Shown piece after piece: positions 48,090 through 59,200 of a DNA stretch of 64,000 bases. A program made the position numbers and the translations under genes. Each line of letters opens with the position of its first letter. Within the stretch, counting starts at the first letter, position 1. Below the pieces are notes generated by a model that saw nothing but the letters and a program-made list of their open reading frames with translations, made no database searches and was not told the origin of the DNA. Source of the stretch: Candidatus Fermentibacterota bacterium (GTDB lineage Bacteria > Fermentibacterota > Fermentibacteria > Fermentibacterales > JCC-6); the NCBI GenBank assembly GCA_963845085.1, contig CAWJQI010000005.1, positions 224,001 to 288,000 of the forward strand, written 5' to 3'.

Positions 48090-50828
48090 GTGATGAATCG
48101 TGAGGAAATGATCGAAAACAAGATTTCAGGGCAGGTCTCAAGACCGCATGAACCACGAACCGCCGGAGCAGTCCTCTTCATCTTTCTTCTGTTCGTCCTT
48201 CCGTCACTGGCCCTCGCAAATGCTGCATCAGCAGTTACAGAAGTCGAACCGATCTCACATCGCATGATGATGCTGATGCTCCAGCTCGGAACCATCATCT
48301 TTGCAGCACGTATCGGTGGAATCGTGTTCGAAAGGATGAAGCTGCCGGCCGTTCTGGGAGAATTGACGCTCGGTATTGTCATCGGCCCTCATCTTCTCGG
48401 CGGACAGGCAATTCCTGGTTTTCCTCTTGGTCTGTTCCCCCCCGGCACATCAACACTCCCGGTGTCTCCGGAGTTGTACGGAATCTGCTCAGTTGCTGCT
48501 GTGGTACTGCTTTTCAACGTTGGACTCGAGACTGACCTGTCGCTGTTTGTTCGCTACTCAGTTGCCGGTGGACTGGTGGGTCTTGGTGGTGTTGCGGTCT
48601 CGTTCGTCGCGGGGGACTTCCTGGCCGTGGCCTGTTCGGAATGGCTTTTCGGCAGGCAAATGGGCTTTTTCTCCGGGCAGTGCCTGATGATGGGCATAAT
48701 AATGACAGCCACATCCGTAGGAATAACAGCGAGGATTCTTTCCGAGCAGCGGAAGATGAAGTCTCCCGAGGGCGTCACGATTCTTGCAGGAGCCGTGGTG
48801 GACGACGTTCTCGGCATCATCCTCCTCGCAGTGGGACTTGGCGTCATTGCTGCATCACAGGCGTCGGGCAGAGTTGATTGGGCGCACATCGGGATCATCG
48901 GCGCCAGAGCGGTCGGAATCTGGCTTGCGGCAACCGTGGTCGGAATCCTCTCGGCACGCCGCATCAGTGCGTTTCTCAAGTCCTTCGGCAACCCTTCCGT
49001 AATTGCGATCCTCGCACTGGGGCTTGCGCTAACACTCTCGGGTCTTTTCGAGAAGGCTGGCCTTGCCATGATCATCGGGGCCTATGTGATGGGACTTTCG
49101 CTGTCCAGAACCGACATCAGCCACTTGGTCAGGGAGCGGCTTGCACCAACGCACTCCCTTCTGATCCCGGTTTTTTTCGTGGTAATGGGTATGTTCGTCG
49201 ACCTGCATGCATTCGCTTCCCCAAAAGTGCTGCTTTTCGGGCTCTTCTACTCGGCGGTTGCGATCGGAGCGAAACTCGTGGGCTGCGGGATCCCGGCCCT
49301 GTTGTGCCGATTCAATACACTTGGTGCTCTTCGAATCGGAGCCGGAATGCTGCCAAGGGGGGAAGTGACGCTCATCATTGCCGGCACGGGGATGGCGATG
49401 GGCATCCTCAATGGCGAACTGTTCGGAGTTGTGGTTTTCACAACACTGCTCTCCTCTCTGGTGGCTCCACCGGTTCTGATACGGCTTTTCAAGATACCAC
49501 GGCACGGCCTGCGCAACCCTGTTCAGGAAGAGGACGTCTCTCCGATAGTATTCCGTTTCCCCTCCGCCAGAATGACCGAGCTTCTTGTGGAGAGGCTTCT
49601 GGATGTCTTCCGGGCCGAGGGTTTTTTCGTTCATGAACTCAGCAGACGCGAGCAGATCTTTCAGATCAGAAAAGACGATTACATCATAGCCTTTCAGCGG
49701 CTTGGCGATCGTATCTCCTTTCAGGCACACCAGCGCGAAGTTCCCTTTATCAATACTGCGATGATGGAAGTGGTTGCAGAACTCGAGGGGATTGCCAGGG
49801 AACTCAGCAAGCCAAAGAACCTTGGGGAAATGGGACCAAAGGTTCAATACCGGAACGGCGAAATTCACTACAGACAGGAGTTGTCAAGATACCTCTCCGT
49901 CTCGCTGCTTTTTCCTTCGCTGAAGGGTGACACCAAGGAGGCAGCATTGAACGAGATGCTGGACCGGCTTGCTCACGATAACAGGGTGAAGGACCTTCCC
50001 CTGGCTCGCAGCGTCGTCTGGGAGAGGGAGCAGAGCATGTCAACAGGCATGCAGCACGGAATTGCTCTTCCTCACGCTCGAACGGATGCGGTGTCATCCC
50101 TTGTCTGCGCTGTGGGCATGAAGCGCAGTGGAATAGAGTTCGGATCGATTGATGGCGAGCCGACCCGGATAATAGTGCTGACCTTGTCGCCGGAATCGGC
50201 ATCAGCTCCGCAGATCCGGCTCATCTCGACGATAAGCCAGGTGCTTGACGAGTTTGGACGCAAAGCGCTTCTATCATCGGAGTCGCCGGGAGAGATGTTC
50301 CTTACACTCACCGGCATTGCGCATTCGGAAAGCACCGGAAAAAGATTCTCCCGGAGGACGGGGCTTCTCCGCAAAGGTACGGGTGAACCTGACAACCTGA
50401 AGGAGTATCTGACACCAGGGCTTGTCCAGCCGGACCTTCAGGGGCGTACAGCGGAACAGGTCATTGATGAACTGCTTGGCATGCTTGTCAAATGCGGTTT
50501 CGTGTCCGATCAGGCAAATGCCCTGGATGAGGTGCTCTCCCGAGAGAAAGCAATGCCGACAGGCCTTGAACACGGTATCGCAGTTCCACACTGCCGTACA
50601 GGCCAGGTTGACCGGATTCGCTGCGCACTGGGCATTTCCAGAAGTGGAGTCGACTTTGGAGCATTCGACGGAAAACCTTCGAAAATCATCATGCTTGTTC
50701 TCTCCCCCCTCGGGGATCCTTCCTCCCACATCCGCCTGATGGCCGTGATGGGCCGTTCCCTTGACGCCCCGGGACGGGAAAGACTTCTTTCCGCAAGGAC
50801 AGTCGATGAGGTTTTCAAGGCGCTTTGA
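48090..50828 (+). CDS. cation:proton antiporter (CPA2) with two C-terminal PTS EIIA domains
   Basis: ATSVGITARIL, AVVDDVLG, MLPRGEV; EIIA motifs STGMQHGIALPH and PTGLEHGIAVPH. Confidence 0.88.
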   Translation: MMNREEMIENKISGQVSRPHEPRTAGAVLFIFLLFVLPSLALANAASAVTEVEPISHRMMMLMLQLGTIIFAARIGGIVFERMKLPAVLGELTLGIVIGPHLLGGQAIPGFPLGLFPPGTSTLPVSPELYGICSVAAVVLLFNVGLETDLSLFVRYSVAGGLVGLGGVAVSFVAGDFLAVACSEWLFGRQMGFFSGQCLMMGIIMTATSVGITARILSEQRKMKSPEGVTILAGAVVDDVLGIILLAVGLGVIAASQASGRVDWAHIGIIGARAVGIWLAATVVGILSARRISAFLKSFGNPSVIAILALGLALTLSGLFEKAGLAMIIGAYVMGLSLSRTDISHLVRERLAPTHSLLIPVFFVVMGMFVDLHAFASPKVLLFGLFYSAVAIGAKLVGCGIPALLCRFNTLGALRIGAGMLPRGEVTLIIAGTGMAMGILNGELFGVVVFTTLLSSLVAPPVLIRLFKIPRHGLRNPVQEEDVSPIVFRFPSARMTELLVERLLDVFRAEGFFVHELSRREQIFQIRKDDYIIAFQRLGDRISFQAHQREVPFINTAMMEVVAELEGIARELSKPKNLGEMGPKVQYRNGEIHYRQELSRYLSVSLLFPSLKGDTKEAALNEMLDRLAHDNRVKDLPLARSVVWEREQSMSTGMQHGIALPHARTDAVSSLVCAVGMKRSGIEFGSIDGEPTRIIVLTLSPESASAPQIRLISTISQVLDEFGRKALLSSESPGEMFLTLTGIAHSESTGKRFSRRTGLLRKGTGEPDNLKEYLTPGLVQPDLQGRTAEQVIDELLGMLVKCGFVSDQANALDEVLSREKAMPTGLEHGIAVPHCRTGQVDRIRCALGISRSGVDFGAFDGKPSKIIMLVLSPLGDPSSHIRLMAVMGRSLDAPGRERLLSARTVDEVFKAL

Positions 50829-50879
50829 GTTTTGGCAGCAGCAGGGTTTTACATGCAGGGATATTCCCGGAGGTTTATC

Positions 50880-51788
50880 ATGATGATGTGTCTTGTGCTC
50901 ATCCTGACGGCATCAACCGCGCAGGCAGATGACAATGCGATATGCCTTCACGAGTGGGGCGTGGTGATTTACGACGGGAACACGGCCCGGGCCGTGGGCG
51001 GACCCGGGAGCATCCTCTTCGCGAGGGATGAAGTGCCGATCGAAGCCGAAGCGCCCGTGATAAACATCTACGGCCCGGAGTTCACGGGAGATGTCACCGT
51101 AGCGGCGCTGGGAGCCATTTGCGAGATGTACCCCGAACCCGATGCGGCCGGAGGGCCCGGAATGATGCCCGGAGGACTGGGTTCGTTCATCAGATGGGCC
51201 GGGCTCAGGGCAAGTTCAGGAGACGAGTGCGAGGAGAGCCTGCAGGAATACTCCGCGCAGCCCGTTCCCGCGTTCGCCTACGCCGTTCCGTCGTGGAGAC
51301 CCGCCGACGCCCTCACACTTGAGAGGGCTGACGGGTTCAGCGACAGGTTCCTCTACTACGAGGTGGATGTCACGGGAACCGGGTTTCCCCTCCCCCTGGC
51401 AGGTCATGCAGCCGAAAACGAACCTGTTGCCCGCGAGATCATCGTGCTCCACGGCAACAGCCAGGGCGTGGCGGTCACTTTTGAGCTGCTGCACGGCGGG
51501 GACCCATCCATGGCGGGAACAACGGCGCCGCATCTCTACTCGGGCGCCGAGGTAAGGCAGATCCTCGCAGGATGGGCTTCCGGCACCCTGACCGATCACG
51601 AGATCGATGCCATGTGGGCTACATGGGAGCCCTACATCCTGTCCGACGGGTGGGCGGGGGAAAGCCTGATGATCTTCCCCCTTCCTGGGGAGGTTGTTGA
51701 CAGGATCAGCAGCATCAACGTTGAAAACGATCAGGGATTCCCTGTGACCGTACAACGCTTCTTTCTCGGGATGATGTACCTTCCCTGA
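50880..51788 (+). CDS. hypothetical secreted protein (LHEWGV family)
   Basis: GGAGG RBS; signal peptide; LHEWGV, APVI..YG, RFLYYE, L...E..AM..TW, RFFLG. Confidence 0.7.
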   Translation: MMMCLVLILTASTAQADDNAICLHEWGVVIYDGNTARAVGGPGSILFARDEVPIEAEAPVINIYGPEFTGDVTVAALGAICEMYPEPDAAGGPGMMPGGLGSFIRWAGLRASSGDECEESLQEYSAQPVPAFAYAVPSWRPADALTLERADGFSDRFLYYEVDVTGTGFPLPLAGHAAENEPVAREIIVLHGNSQGVAVTFELLHGGDPSMAGTTAPHLYSGAEVRQILAGWASGTLTDHEIDAMWATWEPYILSDGWAGESLMIFPLPGEVVDRISSINVENDQGFPVTVQRFFLGMMYLP

Positions 51789-51791
51789 GCA

Positions 51792-52298
51792 TCAGGCGAA
51801 GAATACCTCGCACTTTTCAAGTCGGGCACCTTCGGACAGCAACACCGTGCCACCGGCCGTTACCTCGGTGTGTTCATCGAAAGGACCCACGCCTGTGAGG
51901 ACGATGGTCGCCCTGTGACGACACATCCCCAGCGTTGACGAGAAGCTGCTCATGCTCATGCTTCCGATGGACCGGTCCCTGACGGGCGGCTGGACGTTGC
52001 CGATGCCGGCGCGCTCTCTGACCAGGATCACGCCCGATGCCATGCAGGTGTATTCGACAACAAGCCCGTACTCGTCTTCACCGCCCTGGAAGCGGATGTC
52101 GAAACGAAGGCAAAGTCGATGCTTTCTTCCGGGCTTCGGAACAAAGGTCAACCTCCATTCGGAGCCGGTTTCCACCCCGACTGATGCAACCGGCTTCCCC
52201 GGCATCCACCGGGATGCGATCAACGCAAGGACAAGAGTCACGGCAAGGACGATCAGAACAAGCGCGAGCTGATCACTGCACAACAGAAGCACAGGCAC
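51792..52298 (-). CDS. hypothetical membrane-anchored protein
   Basis: N-terminal TM segment; operonic context. Confidence 0.55.
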   Translation of the reverse strand: MPVLLLCSDQLALVLIVLAVTLVLALIASRWMPGKPVASVGVETGSEWRLTFVPKPGRKHRLCLRFDIRFQGGEDEYGLVVEYTCMASGVILVRERAGIGNVQPPVRDRSIGSMSMSSFSSTLGMCRHRATIVLTGVGPFDEHTEVTAGGTVLLSEGARLEKCEVFFA

Positions 52299-52304
52299 TC
52301 CCTT

Positions 52305-52739
52305 CTATCGTGGCGGGCACGTGATGCCGTGCTCCCTCAAAAGTTCGGCGGCCGTGTCGCGATAGATCCGGAACCGCATGCCGCCGAGGTGTTTGCCACC
52401 GTACCACCTGGCCACGAGAACGATGCAGTCGACGGCGTTCATGTTTCTCATCACCTCGAGGATGCAGTTACCAGCGCCGCTCTCCCCGCCGTCGCCCCTG
52501 CCCTCGATGCAGCCGTGACGCCGAAGCGCCCAGCTGAGGTGGCTTGCCTTCTCCAGGCGGAACATGTCGGTAAGGGTGCGGACGGCCGAAGCAGGGTCAC
52601 TGTCAGCTTCGACCGGCACCCCGCATGCAAGGAAACGGCTCTGCTTTTCGAGCACCGGGTTGCCTGAAACAGGGCATTTCAGTGTTATCGGGAGCCCCGC
52701 CGAGTGATCACTTTCGCTTTTCCCGCGCACCCGAGCCAC
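52305..52739 (-). CDS. YigZ/IMPACT family protein (N-terminal domain only)
   Basis: EKQSRF, KASH..WA.R, GDGGESGAG, VARWYGGKHLGG.RFR. Confidence 0.85.
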   Translation of the reverse strand: MARVRGKSESDHSAGLPITLKCPVSGNPVLEKQSRFLACGVPVEADSDPASAVRTLTDMFRLEKASHLSWALRRHGCIEGRGDGGESGAGNCILEVMRNMNAVDCIVLVARWYGGKHLGGMRFRIYRDTAAELLREHGITCPPR

Positions 52740-53045
52740 CTAGACCAGCAGTACCAGAGTAAAAGCGAAAACGGGGATGTAAAGCACAAGAGAGGTCAGC
52801 GGCGGGATAAGCTGCAGTCGGATGGAACCAGACCCGGAATGCATCATCGCCGCGTTCACAGCCAGCAACCCCGCAAGACCGACGAAAAGCAGCACTTTTT
52901 GGATGGCCGGAAGGAACTGCACAGGTTCCGCGCCGGGTTCGTTCTCGATCCGCCACTGCAGAAGAGCAACGCTGAGGGAGAGAAGGAGAAGGAACGTGAA
53001 GATGCCGGAGCAGACCAGCAGCAACATCCTCCCCTTTCGGTTCAC
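52740..53045 (-). CDS. small membrane protein
   Basis: Three hydrophobic helices; GTG start with GAGGG RBS. Confidence 0.5.
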   Translation of the reverse strand: MNRKGRMLLLVCSGIFTFLLLLSLSVALLQWRIENEPGAEPVQFLPAIQKVLLFVGLAGLLAVNAAMMHSGSGSIRLQLIPPLTSLVLYIPVFAFTLVLLV

Positions 53046-53055
53046 CCAGTGGCCC

Positions 53056-53316
53056 TCACTGCGAGCCCAGGATGGAGTCAACGGCGTGGACGCGTGCGCC
53101 GGCCCCGGCTGCAGCACTCCGTGCGTCGTCAATCACCCCTGTGGGAACCGGTGGAGTGGCAATCCCGTTGATCGCTTCCTGCGCTTCGATCACCTCGACG
53201 ACCGTGGAAGCGGGAGTTGCCGCCGTTGAGTCCCCATCCCCCGAATCACCGCATGCACAGAGGAGAACCACTGCAAGAACAGCGGGAACAACGGGTCTCA
53301 AGGCTGCGGTCATCAC
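53056..53316 (-). CDS. small lipoprotein
   Basis: Lipobox LCAC; overlaps the upstream stop codon. Confidence 0.55.
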   Translation of the reverse strand: MMTAALRPVVPAVLAVVLLCACGDSGDGDSTAATPASTVVEVIEAQEAINGIATPPVPTGVIDDARSAAAGAGARVHAVDSILGSQ

Positions 53317-54008
53317 CGGAAGACCGCCTTGATGGCGCCAAAGGTTGCAGCCCGAAGAGTCTGGGGGGCCAGAATGACCTGGAAATTGTCGGCGAGGATC
53401 GATGGAATTTCCTCCTGGTAGAACAAGGCGAAACCGCTGAGACCGCCGCCCAGCCTGTACTGGGAATCAACGATCTGTGCTGTCTGTTCTCCATCGATGT
53501 TCAGGGTGAGCTCAACATCGGAGCCCACGTTCTGAAGGGTCAGCCTGACATTCACCCAGTCATCGGGGGTCACCGTGGGGCCGTATCCGCTGTAAAGCAG
53601 CTCGTAGTCGCCCGTAACGCTTACGTAACCGATATAGGCGTAGGAGAAGGGTTGAAGGAAAACGATCACACCCCCAACGTATGCCTCTCCCGTGGTGATC
53701 TGCAGCCTTGCGACAACGTTTGCCAGGCTGCCCGTGCCGTTTGGATTGAAGTCCATCGAGACCGAGCCGTTGTCCCAGAAGCCCGCCGCAGTGCAGAGGT
53801 AGCCAATGTAGGCCGAGTCGGGGAAGAAAGCCTCAATGACCTGGTCCCCGCCCTGCTCGGTCACCAAAGTGTACCCCCCGGTCTCTTCGCGGGTCCAGTT
53901 GCCGGAGGATTCCGGGTCATCCCCGGGAGTGTAGGATTCAAAGTCGTCAAGGAAGTCACCGAACACAAGCCCGGTGAGAACCATCAGCACCAGCCCTGCA
54001 AGTTTCAT
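53313..54008 (-). CDS. secreted beta-sandwich (lectin-like) protein with C-terminal TFGAIKAVFR tail
   Basis: Signal peptide; DDFESY, W..VRL, IDG, DNFQV pattern. Confidence 0.7.
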   Translation of the reverse strand: MKLAGLVLMVLTGLVFGDFLDDFESYTPGDDPESSGNWTREETGGYTLVTEQGGDQVIEAFFPDSAYIGYLCTAAGFWDNGSVSMDFNPNGTGSLANVVARLQITTGEAYVGGVIVFLQPFSYAYIGYVSVTGDYELLYSGYGPTVTPDDWVNVRLTLQNVGSDVELTLNIDGEQTAQIVDSQYRLGGGLSGFALFYQEEIPSILADNFQVILAPQTLRAATFGAIKAVFR

Positions 54009-54376
54009 GCCCCCCCCTTGTCATTTTTCACAGGATATCACAGGTGAATATACTGCAAAGGGACGGCATTCCCCCCGAGCCTGTTACATGATTCCGGAGT
54101 TCAGCCCGCTTCCTGGTGGCAAATGCCCTGAAGAGCGTCGAGGAAACAAGGCACAGAGTTTATTCATTCACCGACACTCCGGTTCTTCATCCCGTTGCAA
54201 ACCGGAGTTTCGGAGTTGCCGAGATCAGGTTCAGTCTTCCCGAACCTGTTCCGGTTGATTGCATAATGATCGTGCGATGGCCTCTGCCCGCTTCGCTGTC
54301 AGTCGCTTCTTGATTCCCCCTGCAATCCCTCATTGTTATACTTGGCAGAAGAACACCTCCTGAAGGGAGCCATGCG

Positions 54377-55501
54377 ATGCTTTACAGGAAGCTCGGGAAG
54401 ACCGGCATCAGCGTTTCGTCACTGGGTTTCGGAGCCATGAGGCTGCCGCATGAACCAGGAGACCCCGAGAGCATTCGCCACGAGGAGGCGCAGGACCTCA
54501 TCTACAGGGCGCTCGACCTCGGCATAAACCTTGTCGACACCGCATGGAACTACCACAGGGAGAAAAGCGAGGCATTCATTGGCGATGTGATTTCGCCCGC
54601 GGAGAGGAAGAGGATACTTCTCTCGACGAAGCTCCCGTGCTGGCTTGTCTCGACGCCTGATGAAGCCCGGCGCCATCTTGACACGCAGCTCTCAAGGCTG
54701 AGAACGGACTGGCTCGACATCTACCTTCTTCACGGTCTGAACAGGAAAAGCTGGGAAAAAATGAAGGCTTCAGGGATCCCCGAGTGGGGCGCCCGCATGA
54801 AGGAAGAGGGCAGGATACGTCTTTTCGGCTTCAGTTTCCACGACCGCTATGAGACCTTCGCCGACATTCTGCCGCATATGGACTGGGACCTCTGCCTCCT
54901 CATGCTCAACTACGTCGACACCGAATACCAGGCAGGGCTGAGGGGTGTTCTGAGCGCTTCTGAAAAAGGCATGGGCGTCATGATAATGGAACCGCTTCGC
55001 GGCGGTTTTCTTGCCGGAAACCTGCCCGGGGAGGTTTCGGCCTGCTTCGGAAACACCCCCTTCTCCCCCGCCGCCCTCGGGCTTCGGTGGGTGTGGAACA
55101 TCCCTGGAGTATCCACTGTGCTGAGCGGAATGGGCAGCATTGCACAACTTGAGGAAAACGCGGCTCTTGCCGACTCGGCGCCTCCGGGATGCCTCAAGCC
55201 GGATGAGCTTGAAGGCTATGAGTGCGCAAGGAAAGCATTCCTGGCACGTGCGGAGATTCCCTGCACGCAGTGCGAATACTGCATGCCATGCCCCGAAGGC
55301 GTGGCGATCCCATGGTGCTTCAACTACTACAACTACTTCACGATGCACGGCGACCTCGAACAGGCGAAGATCCTTTACGGGTTCATCGGTGAAGGTCACG
55401 GCGCACACAGGTGCACCGGGTGCGGGGCATGCCTCGAGAAATGCCCCCGCGGGCTTTCCATACCCGACCTTCTTGCCAAGGTGAAGGCAACACTTGGATA
55501 A
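54377..55501 (+). CDS. aldo/keto reductase with C-terminal 4Fe-4S domain
   Basis: LGFGAMRLP, DTAWNYH, STKLP, GFSFHD, MEPLRGG, CTQCEYCMPCP, CTGCGACLEKCP. Confidence 0.92.
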   Translation: MLYRKLGKTGISVSSLGFGAMRLPHEPGDPESIRHEEAQDLIYRALDLGINLVDTAWNYHREKSEAFIGDVISPAERKRILLSTKLPCWLVSTPDEARRHLDTQLSRLRTDWLDIYLLHGLNRKSWEKMKASGIPEWGARMKEEGRIRLFGFSFHDRYETFADILPHMDWDLCLLMLNYVDTEYQAGLRGVLSASEKGMGVMIMEPLRGGFLAGNLPGEVSACFGNTPFSPAALGLRWVWNIPGVSTVLSGMGSIAQLEENAALADSAPPGCLKPDELEGYECARKAFLARAEIPCTQCEYCMPCPEGVAIPWCFNYYNYFTMHGDLEQAKILYGFIGEGHGAHRCTGCGACLEKCPRGLSIPDLLAKVKATLG

Positions 55502-55504
55502 ATG

Positions 55505-55538
55505 GTTGCGGCCGCGCCATCATGGCCGCGGCCGCAAC
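55505..55538. terminator. inverted repeat between convergent genes
   Basis: GTTGCGGCCGCG...CGCGGCCGCAAC. Confidence 0.6.
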
Positions 55539-55551
55539 GGAGAATGATCCC

Positions 55552-56157
55552 CTACTGTTGTGTGTAGAGCTTGTTTATGAGAAGCTCGGCGAGTTTTACG
55601 CTGGTCTCGGTCCTGTCCAGTGTCGGGAACACGGCGGGTTCCCAGTCGATGATGAAGCAGAGGTCGCCGCGAAGGCCGACGAACCTGATGGGCATGCGGT
55701 CGGCCTGAGGCACATCGCCGATGGAGGCGACATCCCAGAGATCACCGGAAACCTCGACGGGGTTGGTGAGATAGCCGAGAGCAAGGTCGTACCCGTCTCT
55801 GCCGCCTGCTATGTCAACCTCGAAACGAACCTTGCTGTAGGGCACACTGCCAATGTTGTAACCGCCGACAGGCCTGCCGCCGGGGGCATTGCTGGCGGCC
55901 TCGGGGAAGGCGGCGAAGCCGGTCATGCCCATGATGGCCTCAACTTCAGCGGGGGTTATGGCATCGGTCATGACCCACCCGGCAGGAAGCACGATGGTGT
56001 CACCGGGCTGCCCGGAAGCGACGTTGTTGGGTGCCGTTTCCGTGGCAACCGGCTCCTCGGTGGCGGTGTTGTCGGTTGTTTCAGGGGCGGGCTGCTCGCC
56101 GCAACCGGTCACTGCAAAAGCCAGCAGAACTGCAATAAGAACCAGGATGACCTTCAT
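55552..56157 (-). CDS. lipoprotein
   Basis: Lipobox VTGC followed by a T/E/P-rich linker. Confidence 0.7.
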   Translation of the reverse strand: MKVILVLIAVLLAFAVTGCGEQPAPETTDNTATEEPVATETAPNNVASGQPGDTIVLPAGWVMTDAITPAEVEAIMGMTGFAAFPEAASNAPGGRPVGGYNIGSVPYSKVRFEVDIAGGRDGYDLALGYLTNPVEVSGDLWDVASIGDVPQADRMPIRFVGLRGDLCFIIDWEPAVFPTLDRTETSVKLAELLINKLYTQQ

Positions 56158-56238
56158 AGCTTCACCTTTCAGTCAGATGGTTGTTTCGAACCGGGGCTGC
56201 ATGGGAACAAGCCAGTCCCGATTGACAAGTATAATGAC

Positions 56239-59200
56239 TCAAAGGGGATTCTGCATCTCCGGAATGCGCGAATCGGCCCCTCCCAACAAGCCATCGAGCC
56301 TCTGGAGTTTCTGCAATGATTCATCCCCCTCGCCAATCCCGGGTTCAAGCGCGCGCACCCTTTCACGGAAGCTTACGGCTGCGGCATGGTCTCCGCGCAG
56401 AAGTGCTGTTTCCGCAAGCATGCACAGGGCGTTGATCTCTCCCGGTGAGTCACCGCAGCCACGGCACTGCTCAAGCGCAAGTTCGAGCAGAGGTCTGGCT
56501 TCCTCAAACCTGTCCGTGAGCAGCAACAGCTCGGCCAGGCTGTTGAGCGTTTCGCCCCTGTCGCGGGTCTGCCCTATCTCCTGCTGCAGAAGCAGGGATT
56601 TTCTGAGGCAGTCCTCGGCTTCCGCATGCCTCTGAACCCTTGTGAAAAGCCTGCCCAGTTTCGACAGTGTCTGCATCTCGAGAAGCCGGTTGCCCGTGCG
56701 CCTGTAAATCGAAAGCGCCTCCTCATAATGTTCACCCGCGTCGGAAAGCCTTCCGTCGAGCAGCGCGAGTATTCCGAGATTCGCGTGTGCGTTGGCCTCA
56801 CTCTGCATGTTGCCTGTCTCGCGGTTCAGCTCAAGCGCCAAAAGATAGAGCTCCCTTGCGCGATCAATCTCTCCAAGGCAGCGGTGGATGACACCCATGT
56901 TCAGAAGGGTGTTCCCTTCGTACCACCGGTTCCTGGTCTCCCGGCTCAGTTCGTTGGCCGCCCTGAAACAGCTGAGAGCCTCCGGCATGTCGTCCATGTT
57001 CCAGTGGGCTATGCCAAGCGAGTTTATGACCAGGCACTCGGAGTTCCTGTCGCCGATATTTCTGAAAATCCCGAGGGCCTCCTCCAGAAGCGGAAGGCTT
57101 TCCTTCGGCCTGTCCTGCTTGATGCAGAGAGCGGCCATATCCGTGAGAATGCCTCCATGCACGGCCCTGTCGGTCATCCCCGCCGACTCGTTCAATACCG
57201 GTTCGAGGGTCTCCCTTGCCTGATCGAGCTTTCCGGTGAATATCTGCATCCGTCCAAGGCGGGCCTTCGCCATCACCTTCCAGTCTGGCCTGCCGCTTCT
57301 CTCCGCCACGGTGGCCAACTCGCGCAGCTGCCCGGCCTGTTCCTCCCTCCGGGCGAGAAGGCCCAGAAATTTCTCCCTCATCATCATCACCTCGAAGAGG
57401 GAGTTGTCCCTGTATGAGCTTCCGGGCTGTGTTCCGATCCACTCCGTCAAACGGTCGGCGACCGCGAGCCCTTCCTCGTTCAGGTAGTTCGCGTCGCAGT
57501 GGGAGAGGGCGCGGAGCCCCCATTCAATGGCCTTGCCGATGTTGCCCGCGAGGCTCCAGTGATTTGAGAGCACACCGGCCATATCACCTCCCGCACATTC
57601 GGGATCGCCCTCCAGAGCCTCGGCGGCGTACCTGTGAAGAAGCGTCCTGTTCCGATGGAGAAGCATCTCGTATGAGGCATCCCGGATGAGAATGTGCGAG
57701 AAACGCCAGACCGGCTCATGCCGGCTGCCCGCTTCGCTGAGGAAACCGCGCCTGCAAAGCTCCCGCAGACAGCCGTCGTAAGCTCCCCCCGCTCCGCCGG
57801 TCATTCCTGCCACCTTCATAAAGAGCCCCTCGCTGAACTCGGCTCCCAGCACTGAGGCGATGAGGATCGATGTTTTCAGTTCGGGTAAAAGCCTGTCGAT
57901 CCTCGCCCGAAGGATCCCGCCCAGCGATTCCGGAATGCGGGCTTCCGCCTGATCGCCCGTGGCAACCCATCCCCCGGGGGTCTCGACGAGAAGGCCTCCC
58001 TCGACGAGGTCAAGGATCAGTTCCTCGATGAAGAAGGGATTGCCCCCGGATCTTGCAAGAACGAGGTTTTCGATCGAGGCATCAGCACATCCGTCAAGCA
58101 TGTGCCTGATGATGAGCCGTCCGTCCGCTTCCCCGAGTGCGCCCAGTTCAATGAAGGTCTTAATTGCGGAGGCATGCAATTCCCTTGCGCCCTCTGTGCG
58201 GCTGGAAAGAAGGAAGAGAACCCTCTTCCGGGACTTCAGCCCGGCAAGCAGAAACTCGAGTATCTCATGCGAGGCTGCATCCATCCAGTGTAGGTCCTCG
58301 AGAACGAGCACGAGATCACGGTTCGAGGACGCCGATACGATGAGGTTTCGCAGGCCGATCATCATCTCCCTGCGCCTTGAGTCCTCGTTCATCTCCTTCA
58401 GTGACGTGTCTTCAGGGTCAAGTGAGAAAAGGCTTCGAAGAAATGGAAGCTTTTCCGCAACAGCCGCCTCGGAAGAGGACGGACCGGGTTGCCCGGACAC
58501 CCCGTCTCCGGAGGCAAAAACCGAAGCTGCGTCTTCCATGAGCGTAGTCCAGAGTCCCAATGGCGGCTGTGAAAACGACAGGTTCCTGCCCGTGAGGACC
58601 CGTGGTGGAGAGACCTCCCTGCGAAGCTCCGAGACAAACTCGTGCAAAAGCCTTGATTTTCCTATCCCTGCCTCTCCCATGATCGAAACCACGCCGAAGG
58701 AACCCTCTGAAACACCCGCCCAGGCGGACCACAGCAGAGCCATCTCCCTCTCCCGGCCCAGGAGGGGTGTGCCCGAAATCCGCGCGGCCCGTTCCCAGCG
58801 CTGAACTGGAATCTTCCCGGGACCGGCCGGCTCGAAGGCGTGAACGGGGGCCGTCCTGCCCCTGATGGATATCTCTCCCAGGTCTTTCCAGAGGTAGAAC
58901 TCTCCGCACCTGTCCCTGGCGCTGGAGGATACGATCACACATCCGGGGTTCGCCACGGCTTCGAGCCGGGAAGCCACGTTCACCACGTCGCCGGTCGCCG
59001 TGAGGTGGCCGCAGGCATCGGGAGCGACTATTACCTGCCCGCAGCTCACACCTGCCCTTGCCCCGACCTCGATACCCTCCGCTGAGAGTATGTCGTTGAC
59101 CTTGCCAAGAGCTTCGAGCATCCGAATCGCACAGTCGACAGCCCTGATCGCATCATTGTCGCCCGCCTGCCCCGCCCCGAAGAGCGCCATGATGCGGTCG

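Noticed and set aside
56222..56235. TTGACA and TATAAT side by side
   Set aside because: The spacer is only 2 nt, so it cannot be one sigma70 promoter.
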